Source: Gammaproteobacteria bacterium (GTDB lineage: Bacteria > Pseudomonadota > Gammaproteobacteria > Chromatiales > Chromatiaceae). From it: a stretch of 64,000 nt of DNA. Below are positions 19,399 to 30,508 of this stretch, in pieces. Both the position numbers and the translations under genes were made by a program. The DNA lies in NCBI GenBank assembly GCA_015490795.1, contig WFXD01000005.1, positions 4,690 to 68,689 on the forward strand. Direction: 5' to 3'. The number at the start of each line of letters is the position of its first letter. The stretch's first letter is position 1. The notes under the pieces are model-generated. The model made no database searches. It was not told the DNA's origin and was given only the letters and a program-made list of their open reading frames with translations.

Positions 19399-19827
19399 TT
19401 ACCAGCCGTAGCCCCGCCCCACAACAGCCAGCAGTACAATAGCAACCAGAATAACCACCGGCACCTCGTTAAACCAGCGGTACCAGATATGACTGCGGTG
19501 GTTGTTGTCGCTGGCAAAATCTCTCATCAGCTTCCAGCAGTAGATCTGGTAAACCACCAGCAGCATGACCAGCGTAAGTTTGGTATGCAGCCATGCCATT
19601 TTGCCAAAGGCCAGCCAGGCATAGTCATAAAGCATCCAGATGCCAAACCCCAGCGTCAGAACCATCCAGGGTATGGTGAACCAAAAAAGTTTGCGTTCCA
19701 TGATTTTGAAACGTTCGTTTCCTGCCTGATCTTTGGTCGTTGCGTGGTAGACAAACAGGCGCGGCAGATAGAACAGACCGGCAAACCAGGTCACCATAAA
19801 GATAAGATGAAAGGCCTTAAGCCACAT
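19399..19827 (-). CDS. hemJ: Protoporphyrinogen IX oxidase HemJ (UPF0093 family)
   Basis: MWLKAFHLIFMVTWFAGLFYLPRLFVYH is the typical HemJ N-terminus. 4 TM helices, 142 aa. Confidence 0.85.
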   Translation of the reverse strand: MWLKAFHLIFMVTWFAGLFYLPRLFVYHATTKDQAGNERFKIMERKLFWFTIPWMVLTLGFGIWMLYDYAWLAFGKMAWLHTKLTLVMLLVVYQIYCWKLMRDFASDNNHRSHIWYRWFNEVPVVILVAIVLLAVVGRGYGW

Positions 19828-19852
19828 ACAGTGCTCCTAAGATATTGATCGG

Positions 19853-20548
19853 TTAGTTTTGGGGGTTGTCGCGTGCATCGTGATACAGCGTTTTCAGAAT
19901 ATCACGCCGGGTCTGGCCAGGTATTGAAGATGGGGTGGGGTCACTCTTGCGCCCGCTGAGCCATGCGCCAATACGCCGGAAAAGCGCCTTGAGGGTGCGC
20001 CAGATGCGGGGCAGTATCCAGATGACAACCAGGGCAAAGAGCATCAGCAGGACAATGAAGACAACGGGATAGTTCAGCGCTGTCCACAGCCCGCCAATAA
20101 CGGCCAGATCTTCAGTGATCGAGGCTGTCCAGTTGGTGACAGGCTCGGGTGAGGTGTTGATCAGCAGTCGACTGCTCGCTTTGGTGACATGGCTGGTTGC
20201 GGTTATGCCTCCACCGACCAGCAGGGCGGCAAATTCGGCAGCCGGGCCCACATCCATCCCTTGCGCCATCCCTGCGGCCATGACAGCACCTGCCGGGATT
20301 CTGATAAAGGTATGGATGGCATCCCAGATGGTATCGACGCCGGGCGTCTTGTCGGCAAAAAACTCCACGCAGTACATCAGCCCGGCAGCACCCATCACCA
20401 TAGGGTCATCCAGCATCTCCAGCCCCGGGGGAAGCTCCAGATTGCCGGTGATGGAGAGGTATCCCAACATAAATACGGTGGCATACAGGTTAATGCCAGA
20501 CGCCCATGTAACACCCAGTGCCAGCGAGATAAGTTGAATGGTTTCCAT
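19853..20548 (-). CDS. DUF4126-like integral membrane protein
   Basis: Gly/Ala-rich multi-TM protein: GINLYATVFMLGYL...FFADKTPGVD. Confidence 0.65.
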   Translation of the reverse strand: METIQLISLALGVTWASGINLYATVFMLGYLSITGNLELPPGLEMLDDPMVMGAAGLMYCVEFFADKTPGVDTIWDAIHTFIRIPAGAVMAAGMAQGMDVGPAAEFAALLVGGGITATSHVTKASSRLLINTSPEPVTNWTASITEDLAVIGGLWTALNYPVVFIVLLMLFALVVIWILPRIWRTLKALFRRIGAWLSGRKSDPTPSSIPGQTRRDILKTLYHDARDNPQN

Positions 20549-20698
20549 CTGTGCGTATCCTGAAATATGCCGGGGAGCAGATTGGCCGTGAATTACAAAA
20601 TTTACCAGGCCCGAGTTTAACCCGGATATTCTACGAATTATACGTGCTCTTGCCCGGCGGTTGGTGCCACAGGGGGCTTTTTGGCGGGTAAGCGGTGC

Positions 20699-20727
20699 TT
20701 GACTTCATCTATGAGTGCCGATAGATT
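20699..20727 (+). promoter_or_regulatory. Candidate sigma-70 promoter for the argC operon
   Basis: TTGACT (20699-20704), 17-nt spacer, TAGATT (20722-20727), about 115 nt upstream of the argC ATG. Confidence 0.4.
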
Positions 20728-20841
20728 TATTTGCTGGCATGGGGCGTCCACCAAAAGAGGGTGGGTAATCAAGATCAGAAAATTGCACCATCCTTACTTC
20801 TCAAGCGGCTTCAGGCCGCTTTTCTTTTCGGTTGGATTCTT

Positions 20842-21873
20842 ATGATCAAGATTGGGATAGTGGGCGGAACAGGGTATACGGGCGTGGAGCTTCTGCGTTT
20901 GCTGGCTCCCCACCCGGCATTGGAAGTAAAGGTGATCACCTCCAGGGGCGAGGCGGGCAGGGCGGTTGCAGAGCTGTTTCCAAATCTGCGCGGCCATCTG
21001 GATCTCTGCTTTTCCGAGCCGGACAGCAAGCAGCTGGCCGCCTGTGACCTGGTCTTTTTTGCCACACCAAACGGCACCGCCATGCAGTTGGTGCCAGAGC
21101 TGCTGGCCGCCGGTACACGGGTGATTGATCTGGCGGCTGACTTCAGGCTCAGTGACCCTGATGAGTGGGCAAAGTGGTACGGCATGCCGCACGCATGCCC
21201 GAATCTGCTGGCAGAAGCGGTCTACGGCCTGCCCGAGATCAATCGTGATCGTATTAAAAGCGCCTTGCTGGTCGCCAACCCGGGCTGCTACCCAACAGCC
21301 GTAACCCTGGGCTTCATGCCGCTGCTGGAGGCCGGGCTGGTTGACGCTTCCCGCTTGATTGCCGATGCCAAATCGGGTGTCAGCGGGGCAGGGCGAACGG
21401 CTGGCGTAGCTGCCCTGATGGGTGAGTGTGGTGAGAGCTTCAAGGCCTATGCAGTGCCGGGGCATCGCCATCTGCCTGAGATCAGCCAAAGCCTCGGCAG
21501 GATTACGGGTGATCCAGTGGGGCTGACATTTGTACCACACCTGCTGCCGATGATCCGTGGTATCCACGCCACGCTTTATGCAGAGGTGAACGACAAGTCA
21601 GTTGACCTGCAAAAGCTGTTTGAGACACGCTATGAAAATGAACCGTTTGTTGACCTGCTGCCCGCAGGGGCGCATCCCGAGACACGCAGTGTCCGGGGTG
21701 TGAACAGCTGCCGGATAGCGGTGCATCGTCCGCAGGGTGGTAATACGGTAGTGGTGTTATCGGTGATTGACAATCTGGTAAAGGGTGCTGCGGGGCAGGC
21801 CGTTCAGAATATGAATCTGATGTTTGGGCTGGAAGAGCGCACGGGTCTGAATGGCATTGCGCTTCTGCCCTGA
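20842..21873 (+). CDS. argC: N-acetyl-gamma-glutamyl-phosphate reductase
   Basis: Start at [14 protein letters not shown]. Active-site region ANPGCYPT. Confidence 0.95.
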   Translation: MIKIGIVGGTGYTGVELLRLLAPHPALEVKVITSRGEAGRAVAELFPNLRGHLDLCFSEPDSKQLAACDLVFFATPNGTAMQLVPELLAAGTRVIDLAADFRLSDPDEWAKWYGMPHACPNLLAEAVYGLPEINRDRIKSALLVANPGCYPTAVTLGFMPLLEAGLVDASRLIADAKSGVSGAGRTAGVAALMGECGESFKAYAVPGHRHLPEISQSLGRITGDPVGLTFVPHLLPMIRGIHATLYAEVNDKSVDLQKLFETRYENEPFVDLLPAGAHPETRSVRGVNSCRIAVHRPQGGNTVVVLSVIDNLVKGAAGQAVQNMNLMFGLEERTGLNGIALLP

Positions 21874-22628
21874 TGGTACCGCACCGAAAAATCGCTAAAC
21901 CCAGAATTGTTCACGCTGACCATGGGCGGCGGCGTTGGTATCTGGCGTTGCTGCTGTTCCCTGCTATAGTGGTGGTGGCATCCTGGTATGCCTATGAATA
22001 CGGGCGTACCGGCACCCTGCTCAACAGTATGGCTGCTGGATCAACCGTTACTGTGCTTGAGCGCCAGGTTGAAGGGCTTCAGCAGCAGGTTAAAGCGCTT
22101 GAATCGGAGCGGGTCAAGCTGCGTGAAGAGATAGCGGTGCTGGAGCGCGCAAGCCAGATTGACCGTGAGGCTGTCCGTGCTGCGGGAGAGGAGATAAAAA
22201 GCGTGCAGGAGGGGCAGCTCAAAATGGAGGAGGAGCTGGTTTTTCTGCGTGGCATTATCTCGGACAGGGTGGATAAAAAGAGCCTGCGTATCCGGGATTT
22301 CAGATTGCGGCCAACGGAAAGCCAGCATCTTTTCCAGTATAGTTTCACCGTCAGTCAGGTATTGGGTGATAAAAAAGGTGTAAAAGGCGATCTGTTTATT
22401 ACGGTTGCTGGCGAGCAGGAGGGCAAAAAGGCATCGCTTGAACTGCCTGCGCTGACGAAAGAGAAGAGCAACAGCTTGAAGGTGGATCTCAAGCATTTTC
22501 AAAAATTTGAAGGATTATTGCAACTGCCGGAAGGGTTTGTAGCAAGCAAGATGACAATCGACATCAAGCCCGACAAGAAAAAGCAGCCGCGTTTGAGTGA
22601 AACATTCAAGTGGCTTGTGGAGGAATAG
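21873..22628 (+). CDS. Membrane-anchored coiled-coil protein conserved upstream of bactofilin (DUF6776-like)
   Basis: TGATG overlap with argC. One TM helix (WYLALLLFPAIVVVASWYAY), then heptad-rich LERQVEGLQQQVKALESERVKLREE. Confidence 0.7.
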   Translation: MVPHRKIAKPRIVHADHGRRRWYLALLLFPAIVVVASWYAYEYGRTGTLLNSMAAGSTVTVLERQVEGLQQQVKALESERVKLREEIAVLERASQIDREAVRAAGEEIKSVQEGQLKMEEELVFLRGIISDRVDKKSLRIRDFRLRPTESQHLFQYSFTVSQVLGDKKGVKGDLFITVAGEQEGKKASLELPALTKEKSNSLKVDLKHFQKFEGLLQLPEGFVASKMTIDIKPDKKKQPRLSETFKWLVEE

Positions 22629-22630
22629 CG

Positions 22631-23068
22631 ATGTTTGGAGGTGGTGGTGTGTCAAAATCGAAAAAATTCAAGGCATCAAAGATAGCCACAGTGATCGGCC
22701 ATGGAACAGAGATCAAAGGGGATATCTCCTTTTCAGGCGGCCTGCACCTGGATGGCGTTATCAAGGGCAACCTGACGACCAATCAGGATGATTCCGCAAC
22801 CCTGACGGTGAGTGAGGATGGCTCCATTGAGGGTGATGTACGGGTGCCCAATGTTGTTCTCAATGGTGCAGTAGCTGGTGATGTATACGCCTGTGGCAGG
22901 GTTGAGCTGGCTGCCAGGGCGCGAGTGACAGGGACGGTCTACTACAACCTGCTGGAGATGGCCATGGGTGCAGAGGTCAATGGGCAGCTGAAACGTGTCA
23001 ACGAGAACGAGCCGCGCATGCTGGGCTTTCTTGATGAAGAGAAAAAGGCCAGTGATGTGGGCGCGTAA
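22631..23068 (+). CDS. Bactofilin-family polymer-forming cytoskeletal protein
   Basis: GGAGG upstream of the ATG at 22631. Bactofilin beta-helix repeats: [27 protein letters not shown]...[18 protein letters not shown]. Confidence 0.85.
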   Translation: MFGGGGVSKSKKFKASKIATVIGHGTEIKGDISFSGGLHLDGVIKGNLTTNQDDSATLTVSEDGSIEGDVRVPNVVLNGAVAGDVYACGRVELAARARVTGTVYYNLLEMAMGAEVNGQLKRVNENEPRMLGFLDEEKKASDVGA

Positions 23069-23100
23069 CAGTATGGTTTCAACTTGAACGGGATAGATTT

Positions 23101-23454
23101 ATGAGTACCGCTGATACAGAATCTGAAGCACCACTGGTATTTACCGCCGCAGCTGCTGCAAAGGTGGCAGAGCTGGTGGCAGAGCAGGATAACCCCAGGC
23201 TCAAATTGCGGGTCTATATTGAAGGCGGCGGCTGCTCGGGCATGCAGTATGGCTTCACTTTTGATGAGAATGAGGATGAAGATGATACCAAGATTGTCAC
23301 GGATGGCATTGCGCTGCTCATCGACCCTATGAGCATCCAGTACTTGATGGGGGCGGAGGTTGATTATGTGGACAACCTTCAGGGTTCACAGTTTGTAATC
23401 ACCAACCCGAACGCCGCCACAACCTGTGGCTGCGGGTCATCCTTCTCGGTTTAG
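23101..23454 (+). CDS. erpA: Iron-sulfur cluster insertion protein ErpA
   Basis: [14 protein letters not shown] and a C-terminal CGCGSSFSV. argC-bactofilin-erpA synteny as in Pseudomonas. Confidence 0.92.
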   Translation: MSTADTESEAPLVFTAAAAAKVAELVAEQDNPRLKLRVYIEGGGCSGMQYGFTFDENEDEDDTKIVTDGIALLIDPMSIQYLMGAEVDYVDNLQGSQFVITNPNAATTCGCGSSFSV

Positions 23455-25029
23455 GCTTTTTGACTCTGATCTGCTTTGGCCGTGAGTGTGAAACAAAAAA
23501 GAGGCCAGCAATAGCGCCAGCAAGGCTGAAACAATGCCCCAGTTGCCGATTGATGCATAGGGCGTCATGCCCTGCATGGGGATGATTTTCCGGGTCAGAA
23601 CCGCTTTTTTAAATGCAGCTGACACCTCCTGGATCTCTCCTCCAGGCCCAATGATTGCCGAGATGCCGGTATTGGTGGCGCGCAGCAGGTACCTGCCGCT
23701 CTCCAGTGCGCGCATGCGGGCGATTTCCAGATGTTGATGCGGGGCCAGTGAGTCGCCAAACCAGGCATCATTGCTGGCGTTTATCAGAAAGGCAGCCGCT
23801 GGCAGAGCCTGGATGACCTCCTCTCCAAAGGCATCTTCGTAGCAGATGGAGATACCCGCAGGATAGCCTGCCAGATTGAGCACGGTTTTGTCCTCATCCC
23901 CTGCGCTGAAGTCAGACATGGGTATCTGCAGGAAATCAATCAGCGGGTTCAATAGCCACTTCAGCGGGAGAAACTCCCCAAACGGCACCAGATGCCGTTT
24001 GCTGTAGCTGTCCCGCTCTTTTCCAAGGCTGACCATGGCATTGAAATAGCTTGAATCCTCAGTGCTCTGCAGCACAATGCCGACCAGCAGATCCGTGCTG
24101 TTTGATCGTGCCTCGGCCTCCAGTGGGTCCAGCAGATCATCCTTGACCCGGTGGTAGAAAGCGGGAATGGCCGTCTCCGGCCAGATGATCAGATCACTGC
24201 TCCAGTTGGCGCGTGTCAGGCTGGTGTAGAGCCTCATCGTTGGGCCAAATTGGCTGGGTTCCCATTTGAGCTCCTGCGGGATGTTGCCCTGGATCAGGGT
24301 GACCTTGATCGGCTCACCCGCAGGCTCTGTCCAGAGGTGATCATCAAGCAGGCCGGCGACTGACCAGATTATGATGATGCCACCGATGCCCAGCAGTGGC
24401 TTGAAGAGGGTCTTTGACCGGGCGGGGGCCATGAGCTGGCTGCAAATCAGTGTGATGAGGGCAGCTGTCAGCGCCACTAGCCAGCTTACGCCAAATATGC
24501 CCGCTATGGGGGCCATCCCCTGCAGCGGGCTATCCAGTTGGGAATACCCCATGCTGAGCCAGGGGAATCCGGTCAAAAACCAGCCGCGCACCCACTCGGT
24601 AAGTGTCCAGACCGCAGGGAGGGTGATGAGCAGGTGAACGCTGTCGCTGCTGCCGCGCAGCCGTGCCCCCAGCCAGCCGGCCACGCCAAAAAAGAGGGCG
24701 ATGATGGCGACAAAGAGCAGGGTGATGATCATGGCCAGCGGGAGGCCAATGCCGCCAAACTGGTCAATGCTGATGTGTAGCCAGGAGACGCCAAACCCCA
24801 TAAGCCCCAGGCCAAACCACCACCCCAGCATGAAGGCCTGTCTGGGTGTGGCTGATCGCCATAGCCCAAAAAGCAGCGCCAGGCTTGGCAGCGCCACACA
24901 GGAGAGGGAGAAGGGGGCAAAAGCCAGCACAGCCACTGCGCCAGCACAAAATGCCAGGCTTTTTTGAAACCGGAATAGATGCGGAAAAGGCAAGGTTGTG
25001 CTCAGCCTGCTACGGCCGCAGGCGCTCAC
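23437..25029 (-). CDS. lnt: Apolipoprotein N-acyltransferase
   Basis: N-terminal multi-TM region plus a CN-hydrolase domain (IIWPETAIP..., [19 protein letters not shown]). GTGA start/stop overlap with corC. The 3' end overlaps erpA by 18 nt (convergent). Confidence 0.92.
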   Translation of the reverse strand: MSACGRSRLSTTLPFPHLFRFQKSLAFCAGAVAVLAFAPFSLSCVALPSLALLFGLWRSATPRQAFMLGWWFGLGLMGFGVSWLHISIDQFGGIGLPLAMIITLLFVAIIALFFGVAGWLGARLRGSSDSVHLLITLPAVWTLTEWVRGWFLTGFPWLSMGYSQLDSPLQGMAPIAGIFGVSWLVALTAALITLICSQLMAPARSKTLFKPLLGIGGIIIIWSVAGLLDDHLWTEPAGEPIKVTLIQGNIPQELKWEPSQFGPTMRLYTSLTRANWSSDLIIWPETAIPAFYHRVKDDLLDPLEAEARSNSTDLLVGIVLQSTEDSSYFNAMVSLGKERDSYSKRHLVPFGEFLPLKWLLNPLIDFLQIPMSDFSAGDEDKTVLNLAGYPAGISICYEDAFGEEVIQALPAAAFLINASNDAWFGDSLAPHQHLEIARMRALESGRYLLRATNTGISAIIGPGGEIQEVSAAFKKAVLTRKIIPMQGMTPYASIGNWGIVSALLALLLASFLFHTHGQSRSESKSLNREG

Positions 25030-25895
25030 TTTTCAGCGGGTTCGTCAGTAGATGTTGCCAGCAGCCGGATATTCAAAAGGTGGATCTTGCGGCTGTCGGC
25101 ACGCACCACGCTGAATTGAAACTGGCCAATTTCCAGCTGCTCTCCACGTTTGGGGAGATGCCCCAGGGTGTTTGTGACCAGGCCGCCGATGGTGTCGTAG
25201 TCGTCGCTGTTGAGGTTGGCATTGAAGTATTCGTTAAAATCCTCAATGGAGGTACATGCCTTGGCGGTAAACTCCTGCTCATTGCGTTTGAGAATGGAGG
25301 TGCCTTTGTCAAAGTCGTGCTCATCTTCAATCTCGCCTACGATCTGCTCCAGCACATCCTCAATCGTGACCAGGCCTGCCGCAGCGCCATATTCATCGAC
25401 AACAATGGCGATATGGTTGCGGTTGGCGCGAAAATCCTTGAGCAGGACATTGAGGCGTTTGCTTTCAGGGATAAACACAGCGGCACGCAGCACATCGCGC
25501 ATATTGAACTGCTGGTTATCCCTGTTTCCGCAATGGTGCAGCAGATCCTTGGCCAGCATGATGCCGACCACCTCGCTGCGGTCATCGCCAATCACGGGGA
25601 ACCGGGAGTGGGCGGATTCAATGGCGGTATTCAGTGCCTCGCTCAGGGTGTCGTCCCGTCCCACTACCTTCATCTGGGCGCGTGGAATCATGATATCCCG
25701 CACCCGGAGTTCGGCCACCTGTAGCACACCCTCGATCATGGTGAGAGCCTCTGAATCAATCAGGGCGCGTTTTTTTGCATCCTGCAACAGGTGGATTAGC
25801 TGCTCTTTATCTTTGGGTTCGTGTTTGAAGCGTCTCTGGAGTCGTGCAATCCAGCCCTTCAATCGCGAACCGTTGGTAGATTCTGCGTCGTTCAT
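25026..25895 (-). CDS. corC: CBS-pair / CorC_HlyC domain magnesium-cobalt efflux protein
   Basis: CBS pair (VRDIMIPRAQM..., VRDVLRAAVFIPE) plus a C-terminal transporter-associated domain. Canonical position between ybeY and lnt. Confidence 0.9.
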   Translation of the reverse strand: MNDAESTNGSRLKGWIARLQRRFKHEPKDKEQLIHLLQDAKKRALIDSEALTMIEGVLQVAELRVRDIMIPRAQMKVVGRDDTLSEALNTAIESAHSRFPVIGDDRSEVVGIMLAKDLLHHCGNRDNQQFNMRDVLRAAVFIPESKRLNVLLKDFRANRNHIAIVVDEYGAAAGLVTIEDVLEQIVGEIEDEHDFDKGTSILKRNEQEFTAKACTSIEDFNEYFNANLNSDDYDTIGGLVTNTLGHLPKRGEQLEIGQFQFSVVRADSRKIHLLNIRLLATSTDEPAEK

Positions 25896-26374
25896 GATGT
25901 CTCGTTGTGTTGGTACGGGTCGGAAAAGCCCAGCTGGGCCAGTATTTCAATCTCCATATTTTCCATTTCAGCGGCTTCAGCCGACTGTTTGTGATCATAC
26001 CCTAACAGGTGCAAAATGCCGTGCACCACCATGTGTGCCCAATGGGCCTGTGCGGTTTTTCCCTGCGCTGCCGCCTGTGCCGATACCACAGGTGCGCAGA
26101 TGACCAGATCCCCCAGCAGGCTGCTCTCTGCCGGAGGGGGCGGCCGAAAGGGGAAGGAGAGTACATTGGTCGCCCCGGCTTTTCCCCGATATTGCTGGTT
26201 TAGCGCGGCACTCTCGGTTTCACCGACCAGCCGGATGACCAGCTCAGTCTGGACTCTCTTGTCGCCAATAGCCACTATAGCCCACTTCTGAAGGTCAGCC
26301 TCTGAGGGCAGTTCACCCTCTGGGGTGGCATATTGAACCTCCAGTGCCAGCCTGCTACTGCTTGTCGAATGCAT
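25892..26374 (-). CDS. ybeY: rRNA maturation endoribonuclease YbeY
   Basis: HGILHLLGYDH zinc motif. Start placed at the ATG at 26374, overlapping the phoH end by 20 nt. The tracked ORF start at 26428 is an alternative. Confidence 0.88.
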   Translation of the reverse strand: MHSTSSSRLALEVQYATPEGELPSEADLQKWAIVAIGDKRVQTELVIRLVGETESAALNQQYRGKAGATNVLSFPFRPPPPAESSLLGDLVICAPVVSAQAAAQGKTAQAHWAHMVVHGILHLLGYDHKQSAEAAEMENMEIEILAQLGFSDPYQHNETS

Positions 26375-27326
26375 CGTAGGCGGTAACAATGCGCTGCACC
26401 AGCGAGTGGCGCACCACATCACGGGCATTGAAGAGGGTAAAGCTGATGCCGTCCACCTTTTTCAGTAGCTCGGTGGCCTGCCGCAGGCCGGAGAGCTGCC
26501 CACGGGGGAGATCGACCTGGGTGATGTCGCCGGTGATGACGGCAGTGGAGCCAAAACCGATGCGGGTCAGAAACATCTTCATCTGTTCGGGGGTGGTGTT
26601 CTGCGCCTCATCCAGAATGATGAAGGCATCGTTCAGGGTGCGGCCACGCATGTAGGCGAGCGGCGCAACTTCGATGACGTTGCGTTCGATCAATTTGGCG
26701 ACCCGCTCGAAGCCCAGCATCTCGTACAGGGCGTCATACAGCGGCCGCAGGTAGGGGTCGATCTTCTGCGCCAGATCGCCGGGCAGAAAGCCCAGCCGCT
26801 CACCGGCCTCAACGGCCGGGCGCACCAGCAGGATGCGGCGCACCCGGTCGCGCTCCAGGGCATCTACGGCGCAGGCTACGGCGAGATAGGTCTTGCCTGT
26901 GCCGGCTGGCCCTACGCCAAAGTTGATGTCGTGGGTGAGCACTTTATGCAGGTACTCTTTCTGGTTTGGTCCCCGGGGACGAATGATGCCGCGACGGGTT
27001 TTGATGATGGTTTCGGGGATCTCTGGCTGCGGGGCGTTCTCAATAAGCGCCTCTACCCCGGACTGCTGTAGAAAGAGGTGTATCTTTGATGGGTCCAGGG
27101 CCTCATCCCGGGCGGCGTTATAGAGCCCTTTCAGCACTTCATCAGCGGCGCGCACTGCGGTGGCATTGCCAATCAGCTGAAACTGGCTGCCCCGGTTGTT
27201 GATCTCGATGCCCAGCCTGAGCTCAATCTGGCGCAGGTGCTCATCGGCCTGGCCGCAGACGTTGGCCAGCCGTTCATTGTCTTCCGGCAGCAGCGCCAGG
27301 TTTATGGTTGAGAGCCGTTCAGACAC
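26355..27326 (-). CDS. phoH: PhoH-like ATPase (PhoH/YbeZ)
   Basis: Walker [10 protein letters not shown]; Walker [10 protein letters not shown]. Confidence 0.92.
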   Translation of the reverse strand: MSERLSTINLALLPEDNERLANVCGQADEHLRQIELRLGIEINNRGSQFQLIGNATAVRAADEVLKGLYNAARDEALDPSKIHLFLQQSGVEALIENAPQPEIPETIIKTRRGIIRPRGPNQKEYLHKVLTHDINFGVGPAGTGKTYLAVACAVDALERDRVRRILLVRPAVEAGERLGFLPGDLAQKIDPYLRPLYDALYEMLGFERVAKLIERNVIEVAPLAYMRGRTLNDAFIILDEAQNTTPEQMKMFLTRIGFGSTAVITGDITQVDLPRGQLSGLRQATELLKKVDGISFTLFNARDVVRHSLVQRIVTAYDAFDKQ

Positions 27327-27334
27327 AAAAGGGG

Positions 27335-28681
27335 TTATGCTGAGTGAGCCAGGTTATCAGGGAGCCACTCCCCCCGCAACGAGTTGGGCAGGGCTTCGGT
27401 GATCTGGATGTCGGCAAATTCACCGATCAACGCTGCCGGGCCATCAAAATTAACTACGCGGTTGTTCTCTGTACGACCTGCAAGCTGCGCCGGGTCTTTA
27501 CGTGCCGGACGCTCTACCAGCACCCGCTGCACGGTGCCTACCATGCGACGGCTGATCTGCTGCGACATCTCGTTGATGCGGTGCTGTAGCCGGGCCAGCC
27601 GCTCCTGCTTTACCTGCATTGGAATCTCATCGGGCAGATCCACAGCTGGCGTGCCAGGGCGAGGGCTGAAGATGAAGCTGAAGGAGTGGTCAAAGCCGAT
27701 CTGTTCGATCAGCCGCATGGTGGCCTCAAAATCCTTGTCGCTCTCGCCGGGGAAGCCGATGATAAAATCGGAAGAGAGGCAGATATCGGGGCGGACCTCG
27801 CGCAGGCGTCGAATCTTGCTGCGGTACTCCAGTGCCGAGTGCCCCCGCTTCATCTGCATCAGGATGCGGTCAGAGCCGCTTTGAACCGGCAGATGCAGGT
27901 GGCTGACCAGCTCCGGCACATCGGCGTAGACCTCGATCAGTGAATCGGAGAACTCCACCGGGTGCGAGGTGGTGAAGCGAATGCGGTCAATGCCGTCAAT
28001 GGCGGCCACATAGCGGATCAACAGCGCCAGATCGGCGCTCTCACCATCATGCATCTGGCCACGGTAGGCGTTGACATTTTGCCCCAGCAGATTGATCTCG
28101 CGCACCCCTTGCCGGGCCAGCGAGGCCACTTCGGCAATCACATCATCAAAGGGGCGGCTGATCTCTTCACCCCGGGTGTAGGGCACCACGCAGTAGGTAC
28201 AGTATTTGGAGCACCCCTCCATAATAGAGACGAAGGCAGATGGGCCATCGGCCACCGGCTCAGGCAGGCAGTCAAATTTCTCGATCTCGGGGAAGGAGAT
28301 ATCGATTACCGGATTGTGGGTTTTGCGGGCCTGATCCAACATCTCTGGCAGGCGGTGCAGGGTCTGCGGGCCAAAGACCAGATCGACATAAGGGGCGCGA
28401 TCACGGATGGTATCCCCCTCCTGGCTGGCGACGCATCCGCCTACCCCGATGACCAGATCGGGGCGGCGCAGCTTCCACGGGCGCCAGCGACCCAGCTGGG
28501 AGAAGACCTTCTCCTGGGCTTTTTCGCGGATCGAACAGGTATTGAGCAGCAAAACATCCGCATCTTCTGCGATTTGCGTTAATTCGAGGTTGTGCGAGGC
28601 GTGCAGAAGATCCGCGATTTTAGCGGAATCATACTCGTTCATCTGACAGCCAAAGGTTTTAATAAAGAGTTTGCAGGGCAT
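27335..28681 (-). CDS. miaB: tRNA-2-methylthio-N6-dimethylallyladenosine synthase
   Basis: N-terminal [14 protein letters not shown]; radical-SAM [11 protein letters not shown]; C-terminal TRAM domain. Confidence 0.95.
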   Translation of the reverse strand: MPCKLFIKTFGCQMNEYDSAKIADLLHASHNLELTQIAEDADVLLLNTCSIREKAQEKVFSQLGRWRPWKLRRPDLVIGVGGCVASQEGDTIRDRAPYVDLVFGPQTLHRLPEMLDQARKTHNPVIDISFPEIEKFDCLPEPVADGPSAFVSIMEGCSKYCTYCVVPYTRGEEISRPFDDVIAEVASLARQGVREINLLGQNVNAYRGQMHDGESADLALLIRYVAAIDGIDRIRFTTSHPVEFSDSLIEVYADVPELVSHLHLPVQSGSDRILMQMKRGHSALEYRSKIRRLREVRPDICLSSDFIIGFPGESDKDFEATMRLIEQIGFDHSFSFIFSPRPGTPAVDLPDEIPMQVKQERLARLQHRINEMSQQISRRMVGTVQRVLVERPARKDPAQLAGRTENNRVVNFDGPAALIGEFADIQITEALPNSLRGEWLPDNLAHSA

Positions 28682-28852
28682 ACATGGGTGTGAATTGTGA
28701 CAAGGCCAACAAGTTTAATGCCTGGCGATACTTTTTTCCATGTATCGCAGGGATCTTTATCCAATTTGCAGGTTGCACAGTGCCCTTTGGTCTTCGGGCA
28801 GATGCCATCGGTATGGCCCATCAGCCACGCTGCAAGCAAAATCTGGTGGGCG

Positions 28853-30508
28853 CTATTCTTTACTGATCTCTATCTCATGGTAGTCGAAACAGTCAAAAAT
28901 GGGGGTGGTTTCTATCATCTCGTCCGAAATGATGCGTTGAATAAAACCATTGTTATCCAGCACCAGCTCGCGTTGCTGCCTATACATACCCTGTGGTGTT
29001 ATAAGGGCTTGTGGTGTTTTGGCCCCCCTGTCCACCAGTATGCCGTGCTGGAAATCAGCAGTGAGCTCGCGGTCGTAAAAATGGGGGCGAATGGAGATGG
29101 GTACTGTTTTACCGGGTAAAAACTGTATGCCAATCTCCAGGGTGTTGCTGTCCCGCTCGATCATTCGGCGAATGATTCCGGTTTTTAGCTCTTTTTCACC
29201 CCCGTCGGCATCCAGCTCAATCATGATCAACTGGCCAACTTGCACCTCTTTAGGGAATGGTGGCGGTACTATAATGCCAATGCCGCTTCTGCTTTTGTTA
29301 AATATGCGCCATGAATAGATCTGAAACTGCTTCTCTTCCCGGCAGAATGGCGCTGTCTCTCCAAGCGTTAGCGTATCCTCCTCCACCAGGGTTTCGGTGT
29401 GGGCACTCTCTTGTGTCAGCTTGCCCCTCTTAAGGAAGTGGTTGATGGCGCTCAGGCCGTAGGTGACGGGGCATGCCCCATACTTTTCATGTCGTTCACT
29501 GCGGCGGGTGGGGCGCACATGCCATGCCAGCAGCATGTGGCGGAACATCTGGCTCGCCTGCTCTTTTGATATGTTTTCAACCCCTTTTATCTCGCTGCTT
29601 TTGTCGGCCAGCAGCCGTTTTCGTTGCTGATGGATCATCAGGTTGAGCGAATTAACGTGCAGCAAGCGGTGATGTTCCGGGTGTAACGTGGCATTTGGCT
29701 CGGGTGGTTTTGGTGGCTGCATGGCTTGCAGATCCACCAGGAACAGCCCGGTGATATTGTCGGGCACCGTGGTTGATCTGTGCAGCTCGGACTTTACAGC
29801 CCAGTGTGTGAGGTAGTTGTAACAGAACCAGACCTCTCCTTTTAAAAGACGATAGGGGTCGATGATGGCAATGAGCAGGATGCGCTTGAACAGCAGGTTA
29901 ATAGAGATGCCCTCCTCTATCGGCGTCTGCTCCAGGTTGTACTGTTCAGCCAGGGAGTAGAGTTGGAAAAGTTCACGCCATGCTTTTTTTGAATCGGGCA
30001 TCAGGTTGGAATACTCCAGCATCAACTCCAGCATAATGGCTTTCATGGCGGAGTAGATGGCATGCCCAAACGGCTGTTGGTGTTTGCGTATATTGTTGAG
30101 TTGAAGATGCTCGTTGATGATGAACTTGTAGCTGTAGGCAAGTTCAACGGTGATCTTTATGGCTATTGGAATGATGTCGTTTTTCTTTAACCGGTTTTGA
30201 GTCCCTTTTTGCTGGGTGGCTTGCCGTGCAGCCTGATATACGACATCAAAGGGCGGTTGATAGCAGTTCACCAGCTCATGGCGGTGGCTCACCGTGCCTG
30301 GAAACCGATTAAACTGGTAGATCGACTCATACAGTGCAGCGGCCACCGATGGCGGGTTGGCATAGGGCAGATGATTGATCCACTCGACCAGTCTGGATGG
30401 ATCTGTTTCAACGTTTGGACTCTCAATAACATCTTGGGCAGGCACGGTCAGCTGTAGAGGGGCTGGTGAGCCCTGCGATTTTGTCTGGTCTCTCATTACG
30501 GGATCCAA
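28853..30508 (-). CDS. Large hypothetical protein with a C-terminal PilZ-like beta-barrel (degenerate motif)
   Basis: 551 aa. C-terminal region has FNKSRSGIG, matching the (D/N)xSxxG half of the PilZ signature. No RxxxR motif lies upstream of it. Confidence 0.55.
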   Translation of the reverse strand: MDPVMRDQTKSQGSPAPLQLTVPAQDVIESPNVETDPSRLVEWINHLPYANPPSVAAALYESIYQFNRFPGTVSHRHELVNCYQPPFDVVYQAARQATQQKGTQNRLKKNDIIPIAIKITVELAYSYKFIINEHLQLNNIRKHQQPFGHAIYSAMKAIMLELMLEYSNLMPDSKKAWRELFQLYSLAEQYNLEQTPIEEGISINLLFKRILLIAIIDPYRLLKGEVWFCYNYLTHWAVKSELHRSTTVPDNITGLFLVDLQAMQPPKPPEPNATLHPEHHRLLHVNSLNLMIHQQRKRLLADKSSEIKGVENISKEQASQMFRHMLLAWHVRPTRRSERHEKYGACPVTYGLSAINHFLKRGKLTQESAHTETLVEEDTLTLGETAPFCREEKQFQIYSWRIFNKSRSGIGIIVPPPFPKEVQVGQLIMIELDADGGEKELKTGIIRRMIERDSNTLEIGIQFLPGKTVPISIRPHFYDRELTADFQHGILVDRGAKTPQALITPQGMYRQQRELVLDNNGFIQRIISDEMIETTPIFDCFDYHEIEISKE

